NCBI GenBank assembly: GCA_046583315.1
Contig: JAYGCN010000052.1
Span: 1-64,000 of the forward strand
Direction: 5' to 3'
Length of the DNA: 64,000 nucleotides
From: Candidatus Hydrogenedentota bacterium
Lineage (GTDB): Bacteria > Hydrogenedentota > Hydrogenedentia > Hydrogenedentales > GCA-2746185
The position numbers and the translations under genes were made by a program. Below are positions 58,878 through 64,000 of the stretch, one piece after another (position 1 is the stretch's first letter; each line of letters starts with the position of its first letter). The notes below the pieces were generated by a model. The model did not search any database. It worked only from the letters and a program-made list of their open reading frames with translations, and was not told the origin of the DNA.

Positions 58878-60239
58878 CTACTTCAGCTCGTTAAACTTGT
58901 CTTCGATTAGTTTGCGAATTTCCTTGAGGCGTTCCTTCGTTTCTGCTTCACACCGCATGACGATCATGGGGGAGGTGTTGGATACGCGGAGCAGGCCCCA
59001 GCCGTCGGGGAACTCAATGCGTGCGCCGTCGATCGTGTTGACGTCGTAACCTTCTTTCAGGAAAAACGCCGTTGCTTTCTCCACGATCTTGAATTTCTTT
59101 TTGTCCGTTGTTTCCAGTCGAATTTCGTCCGTAACGAAGGTTTTCGGCAGGGACTCGAGGTGTTTATGGAAGGGTCTGTGGCTGGCTGCGATGATTTCCA
59201 TGAGGCGTGCCGCCGCGTAGATGGCGCAATCGAAGCCGTACCAGCGGTGTTTGAAGAAAATATGGCCGCTCATTTCGCCGCCGATGGCCGCGTTGTTCTT
59301 GACCATACAATCTTTGATGAGCGAGTGGCCCGCTTTATACATGATTGGGTTGCCGCCATTTTTTGCGATATCCTCGTACATCGTGCGCGAACACTTTACT
59401 TCGCCGACCACGGTCGCGCCTTTCACTTCTTTCAAAATCTGCCGCGCAAACAAAAGCAGTAGCATATCGCCTGCGATAAAATTTCCTTTGTCGTCCACCG
59501 CACCGATTCGATCGGCATCGCCATCAAAACCGATGCCCAAGTCAGCCTTCTCTTCCTTGACCGTACTCACGAGCTTCTTGAGGGTCTTCGGTAGCGTGGG
59601 ATCGGGATGATGATTCGGAAAGTTGCCGTCCACCTTGCAATACAGCTCAACCACGTCGCAGCCCATCGCGCGAAACAGATCAACTCCGACTTTTCCACCA
59701 ACGCCGTTACCCGCATCCACTACAACCTTCAGCTTCCGCTTCAGTTTAATGCCCCGAAGAATTTTCTGTTGGTACTTCGGAATAATGTTCATACGCGTAA
59801 TCGTAACCGGTTTTTTGGCGACAGGAAATGCTCCTTTTTGAATGATCGCCTTAATCTTTTGAATTTCTTTACCGTGAATGGTGGATTTGCCCACGCCCAG
59901 TTTCAATCCGTTGTATTCCTTCGGATTGTGCGAGCCCGTAATCATCACTCCGCCGTCCACAGGTAGATGAAACAGGCCGAAATAGGTGACGCCCGTGCTG
60001 ACTTCGCCAATATCGATGACGTTCATGCCCACAGAGGTCAGACCGTCGATGAGCGCGTTGGCGAATCCCTTCGACGTAAGCCGTCCATCCCGTCCGACCA
60101 CCATACAATTGTGTTTTTTCTTGCGGCGCATATAAACGGCAAGGGCTTTTCCGACCAATTCGACGATTTCTTCCGTCAATTCGTCGCCGGCAATGCCGCG
60201 GATGTCGTATTCTCTAAAAATGTTGTCTGGCAACTGCAT
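58878..60239 (-). CDS. Phosphomannomutase/phosphoglucomutase
   Basis: FREYDIRG, ITGSHNP, FDGDADR, GEMSGH, RVSNT. Confidence 0.95.
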   Translation of the reverse strand: MQLPDNIFREYDIRGIAGDELTEEIVELVGKALAVYMRRKKKHNCMVVGRDGRLTSKGFANALIDGLTSVGMNVIDIGEVSTGVTYFGLFHLPVDGGVMITGSHNPKEYNGLKLGVGKSTIHGKEIQKIKAIIQKGAFPVAKKPVTITRMNIIPKYQQKILRGIKLKRKLKVVVDAGNGVGGKVGVDLFRAMGCDVVELYCKVDGNFPNHHPDPTLPKTLKKLVSTVKEEKADLGIGFDGDADRIGAVDDKGNFIAGDMLLLLFARQILKEVKGATVVGEVKCSRTMYEDIAKNGGNPIMYKAGHSLIKDCMVKNNAAIGGEMSGHIFFKHRWYGFDCAIYAAARLMEIIAASHRPFHKHLESLPKTFVTDEIRLETTDKKKFKIVEKATAFFLKEGYDVNTIDGARIEFPDGWGLLRVSNTSPMIVMRCEAETKERLKEIRKLIEDKFNELK

Positions 60240-60419
60240 GGTGTTCTCCCCAAAAGGCTAATCAGGTGCGTATTGTAATGATTCAGAGTTGGAAAACCAA
60301 GAGATGGAAGGGCCGAGTGGGTCGTCAAGCCAGAGAACTGCGCATGAACAGACTTGACAGTGTACATGGAACCCGTCCATCAGTATACTCGAATCGTTCA
60401 TGAATGAAGGAAGCATACC

Positions 60420-61148
60420 ATGCCCATTACCGATACCGTGTGGAAATCAGAAGAAGTCGCATCCAAATATCTGCAAGGCGTGCGCGGCGCGATTCCGGGA
60501 GCCTTGTTGCAGCTCGAGGTCATGATGCGTTTGCTGGGCACGGGTGAACACACGATAGATAGCTTCCTTGATCTCGGATGCGGTGACGGTATTCTGGGAC
60601 AAACAATCCTCGCTGAGCATCCCGAGGCGCAGGGTGTGTTCGTCGATTTTTCCGAACCCATGATCGATGCGGCCCTCAAACGATTGGGAACTGACTCGAA
60701 GCATGCGTTTCATGCGATCGATTATGGGCAAGCAGGTTGGATCGATTCCCTTTCAGCCCCTTTCGACTGTATCGTGTCCGGATTTTCGATACATCACCAG
60801 CCGGACGAACGAAAGAAGGAAATCTACCAGGAACTTTTCGATGCGCTCGCGCCTGGAGGCTGGTTTATCAATATGGAACACGTTTTGTCCGCTACGAAAA
60901 CAGGTGAGACGGCGTTTCTGCAGCATCTCGTTGACAATATGTTCGCACTGGAGAAAGAATCCGGTGGTACGCGGTCGCGCGCGGAAATTCTTCATGCGAT
61001 GGAAAACAACGAAGACAGCCAAGCGAATATTTTGGCAAGAGTTGATGTGCAATGCGAATGGTTGTCGGCGATCGGTTTTCAGGAAGTCGATTGCTATTTC
61101 AAAATCTATGAGTTGGCCATTTTCGGGGGCGTTAAGCCTACCCAATAG
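60420..61148 (+). CDS. Class I SAM-dependent methyltransferase
   Basis: LDLGCGDG, VDFSEPM, SGFSIHH, LAPGGWFIN. Confidence 0.9.
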   Translation: MPITDTVWKSEEVASKYLQGVRGAIPGALLQLEVMMRLLGTGEHTIDSFLDLGCGDGILGQTILAEHPEAQGVFVDFSEPMIDAALKRLGTDSKHAFHAIDYGQAGWIDSLSAPFDCIVSGFSIHHQPDERKKEIYQELFDALAPGGWFINMEHVLSATKTGETAFLQHLVDNMFALEKESGGTRSRAEILHAMENNEDSQANILARVDVQCEWLSAIGFQEVDCYFKIYELAIFGGVKPTQ

Positions 61149-61163
61149 GGGAACGAATTCAGT

Positions 61164-61613
61164 ATGCGCGCGGTTATTCAACGGGTCAGTGAGTCATCGG
61201 TCACGGTCGATGGGTCTGTTATCGGTGAGATCGGCGTGGGATTCATGGTGCTGTTGGGCGTGTCCGATGACGATACCGAGCAGGACGCGGATGCCCTTGT
61301 GCAAAAAATCGTCGGCTTGCGCGTGTTCAATGACGACGACGGAAAGTTCAATCTGTCATTGATGGATGTGGGCGGGAGGGTGTTGCTCATTTCCCAGTTC
61401 ACATTGATGGGGGATTGCCGGAAGGGGCGCCGTCCATCATTTATCAGAGCCGCTCGCCCTGAACACGCGATTCCGTTGTATGAATCGGTCATTGCGGGTC
61501 TAAAACAGCGCGGCGTAACGGTTGCCAGCGGTGAATTCGGTGCGCACATGGACGTGCATCTCATCAATGATGGACCCGTGACCCTGCTCGTGGACAGTCG
61601 AAAGGAATTCTGA
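61164..61613 (+). CDS. dtd: D-aminoacyl-tRNA deacylase
   Basis: [26 protein letters not shown]. Confidence 0.96.
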   Translation: MRAVIQRVSESSVTVDGSVIGEIGVGFMVLLGVSDDDTEQDADALVQKIVGLRVFNDDDGKFNLSLMDVGGRVLLISQFTLMGDCRKGRRPSFIRAARPEHAIPLYESVIAGLKQRGVTVASGEFGAHMDVHLINDGPVTLLVDSRKEF

Positions 61614-61622
61614 CCAAAGGCG

Positions 61623-62597
61623 ATGAGCACCCCTGATGAGAATAGTCGCTTGCGAATCGTGGTCGCCGGGTCAGGCCGTCTCGGCATGGCCGTGCTGGAG
61701 CCACTACTCGATTCTGGATATGAGGTGGTTGCCGTCGTGCAGAACGGTCGTAAAGTGCCGCGGTGGGAGCGAAAGTTACTCGGACTTCAGGCGCGCATCA
61801 CACCGCGTATGCCTTCACCGTTGTGTGAAGCAGTGCGGCAGCGAATTCCAATTTATTGGTTGGAACATCTTGATGCTACGGAGATTAAATCGCTATGCGC
61901 GATGAAACCCGACCTGTTGATTACTTGTGGATTCAGCATCATTCTGCCGGAATCTGTTCTGTCTATCCCGCGCATCGGCTGTATCAATGTGCATACGGCC
62001 CTGTTGCCGAAACATCGAGGTCCAAATCCCTGCGCGTGGGTCGTGCACGACGGGGACGGAAAATCCGGCGTGACGATTCATGTTACGGAAACCGGAATCG
62101 ACACGGGGGCGGTGTTGGCACAGGAATCCTTTGATCTGTCGCCTACTGACACGAGCATGGATGTGTATCTTGCTTCGTGCGCCGTGACCGCTGGCATGAT
62201 TTCGGAAACGATTGCAGATATCGAAGCGAATGGTTTTGCGAACGCGCGTGTGCAGGACGAATCTGAGGCGACTTATGACAAGCGCTTCAATGATGAGCAG
62301 TCGCGCGTGGATTGGACGCAGTCCGCCGTGGCAATTGAACGATTGATACGCGCGGCGCATGCCTACGCTCCGGCCTGGTTCCAATTCGGCAAAACGCGCG
62401 TGCGTTTGGTGCAGGCTGAGGCGAAAATGGGTGGCCGTGATGTTGCACCAGGTGTGATTGTGGCCGTCGACCCCGAGCTCGTCGTCGGTACGGGCGACGG
62501 GACACTGACCCTGTACTCAACCTATACCGATCAACGCGGCGGCACACGATGGCCGGGCGCGTTCACGAAGCTGAAACCGGGCATGCGTCTGGAGTAA
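61623..62597 (+). CDS. Methionyl-tRNA formyltransferase-like protein
   Basis: INVHTALLPKHRGPNP, GVTIH, IDTG and an Fmt-like C-terminal domain. Confidence 0.8.
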   Translation: MSTPDENSRLRIVVAGSGRLGMAVLEPLLDSGYEVVAVVQNGRKVPRWERKLLGLQARITPRMPSPLCEAVRQRIPIYWLEHLDATEIKSLCAMKPDLLITCGFSIILPESVLSIPRIGCINVHTALLPKHRGPNPCAWVVHDGDGKSGVTIHVTETGIDTGAVLAQESFDLSPTDTSMDVYLASCAVTAGMISETIADIEANGFANARVQDESEATYDKRFNDEQSRVDWTQSAVAIERLIRAAHAYAPAWFQFGKTRVRLVQAEAKMGGRDVAPGVIVAVDPELVVGTGDGTLTLYSTYTDQRGGTRWPGAFTKLKPGMRLE

Positions 62598-62622
62598 GAT
62601 ACGCGCAGGGGGAAATACGCCG

Positions 62623-63252
62623 ATGGATGTCGAAATTCGCGAGTACCGTGACGAGGATGAGCAGAAATGGATGCGCGTCCACGCAGAAATCATGACGATA
62701 TCCCATTCCTGGAACTATTGCATACAGGAACGCCCCCCCTATGATGGCCACGAATCCACGCGACTCGTCGCGCTCGTGGACGGGAAGATTATTGGGTTGA
62801 CCGATACGCTTTACGATAACGAACCCGGCGAAATTTGTTTCAACAAAGAAACGCGCGGGGGTTATGTCACAGAGTTCGGTCGACTACCCGGATTCGCGGC
62901 GAAGGGACTCGGCATTCAGCTCATGCAAGCGACGATGGATCATGCGCACGCCAAGGGGATCGACCGCCTCGAATACTGGTCGCAGGATCGCAACGCACAA
63001 CGCTACTACATGAAACTCGGGCTGCCCGAAATCTCGCGCCATTATCGTTTCCGCATGCAAGCCCCGCAAGAGGTCGGCGACCACCTCCTCCAAGACGGCA
63101 TCGGAGTCGAATACATCTACGGCGTGTGCCAGCCCGAAGATTGGCCAGCCGTGAAAAAGAAATATGAAATCAAAATGGATCACCCACTAGAACCCCACCT
63201 GTGTATCGGCTACGCGATCGATGATTTCGAGAAACCGTTCCCGAAGGGCTAA
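62623..63252 (+). CDS. GNAT family N-acetyltransferase
   Basis: IREYR, GKIIG, AAKGLGIQLM, AQRYYMKLG. Confidence 0.82.
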   Translation: MDVEIREYRDEDEQKWMRVHAEIMTISHSWNYCIQERPPYDGHESTRLVALVDGKIIGLTDTLYDNEPGEICFNKETRGGYVTEFGRLPGFAAKGLGIQLMQATMDHAHAKGIDRLEYWSQDRNAQRYYMKLGLPEISRHYRFRMQAPQEVGDHLLQDGIGVEYIYGVCQPEDWPAVKKKYEIKMDHPLEPHLCIGYAIDDFEKPFPKG

Positions 63253-63264
63253 GGGCGAAGAGCA

Positions 63265-63868
63265 TTCACCGCGGAGGCGCGGAGAACGCGGAGGAAATTT
63301 GTGATAGATATCGAGTCTATACGAAATTTGCTGGCAAACGAACTCCGTAGCTGCGAATTCGGATATATATATCGCCCTAAGAGGGCGTTTTTGGATTTTT
63401 TCGAATAAATCGATGCAACGTACCCTAGATTTTGTCGATTTGCTTCGGAAACCTCCATCGAACTTTTACATTTGTCATGACAACCCGGATCTGGATATTT
63501 TGAAAGAAGCGATTGATAATAAACAAATTTACCATTTAGGGGGAGAGGTTTATCGAATTTCCCACTCATTTGACACAAATTTATTCTACCGCTGTTTCTT
63601 TTTGTACTCAGATTCTTGGGCGTATTGGATTACTTCGGACTGTACTTTCGAAGGAAGCTTCGTTCGCTATGAAATGGAAATGGATGGGGATTATAGAAGA
63701 GGAACTAGCCCGTCGAGTGAATTTAGGCGAAATTGATGTTGCAGTTTGCGCGTACGGAGATGGTGTAGAAATGCACATAATAGTTAACAACAAGGCGGAG
63801 TAGCCTTATTTATTGTTGATGCGCCGACAGGTAATCCCTCTCCGCGCCCTCCGCGTCTCCGCGGTGAA
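63265..63868. mobile_element. Inverted-repeat-flanked cargo cassette B
   Basis: TTCACCGCGGAGGCGCGGAGAACGCGGAGG (63265-63294) and CTCTCCGCGCCCTCCGCGTCTCCGCGGTGAA (63838-63868) bracket AT-rich DNA. Mobility is inferred. Confidence 0.55.
63301..63803 (+). pseudogene. Fragmented AT-rich cargo gene of unknown function
   Basis: GTG at 63301 behind GGAGG (VIDIESIRNLLANEL...), continuing in shifted frames (63413..63736, then to TAG at 63801-63803). Confidence 0.5.
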
Positions 63869-63876
63869 GAAAGCCC

Positions 63877-63900
63877 TTCTTCGTGTTCTTCGTGGTGAAA
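63877..63900 (+). repeat. Additional repeat-family arm (TTCGTG type)
   Basis: TTCTTCGTGTTCTTCGTGGTGAAA. Confidence 0.6.
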
Positions 63901-63903
63901 AAG

Positions 63904-64000
63904 CTAAGCCAGCAAATCCTTCACGACCCGTCCATGCACATCCGTCAACCGGAATTGTCGGCCTTTGAGTTTGTAGTTGAGGCGTTCGTGGTCGATGCCC
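63904..64000 (-). CDS. DUF1501 (sulfatase-like) protein, C-terminal end (partial)
   Basis: Manual translation [31 protein letters not shown], the characteristic DUF1501 C-terminus. Confidence 0.8.
   Translation of the reverse strand, partial: GIDHERLNYKLKGRQFRLTDVHGRVVKDLLA

Noticed and set aside
63265..63900. CRISPR array or IS interpretation of the repeats
   Set aside because: No regularly spaced direct repeats with spacers, no cas genes, no transposase, and no evident target-site duplication.

Overview
A 64-kb chromosomal window from a moderately GC-rich diderm bacterium (hldE, lpxK, lgt and lspA present). The gene content is PVC/FCB-like and may be Candidatus Hydrogenedentota; this is inference only. 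Most of the window is housekeeping: hslV, hldE, an adaptor plus two RND pumps, tpiA-secG-murA-hisD-hisC, lpxK-dprA, tex, ileS-dksA-lspA-lgt, an ECF sigma/anti-sigma operon, ispB, an FMN riboswitch heading ribD-ribE-ribBA-ribH-nusB, PMM/PGM, dtd and an fmt-like gene. The first ~10 kb is a periplasmic redox/metal locus: two cytochrome c-copper-monooxygenase-fold proteins (one with intact Cu ligands, one without but fused to Cys-rich metal-binding repeats), a divergent ECF/anti-sigma/periplasmic sensor triad, a hexaheme cytochrome and a candidate sRNA. The most unusual signal is a family of short (C/T)TC(C/T)G(C/T)G-type repeats. Twice they form inverted-repeat arms bracketing ~500-bp AT-rich cargo genes, both now pseudogenes and missed by the ORF track. 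Each cassette sits just after a host stop codon, and the upstream arm itself supplies the cargo Shine-Dalgarno sequence. Host genes next to these sites have strongly C-rich/G-poor 3' ends. Also notable: a 2.47-kb single reading frame broken only by TAA codons, and a NucS-like nuclease fused to an EVE/PUA-like domain behind hisC. No rRNA, tRNA, CRISPR array or transposase was recognised. All calls are by eye, with no database searches.
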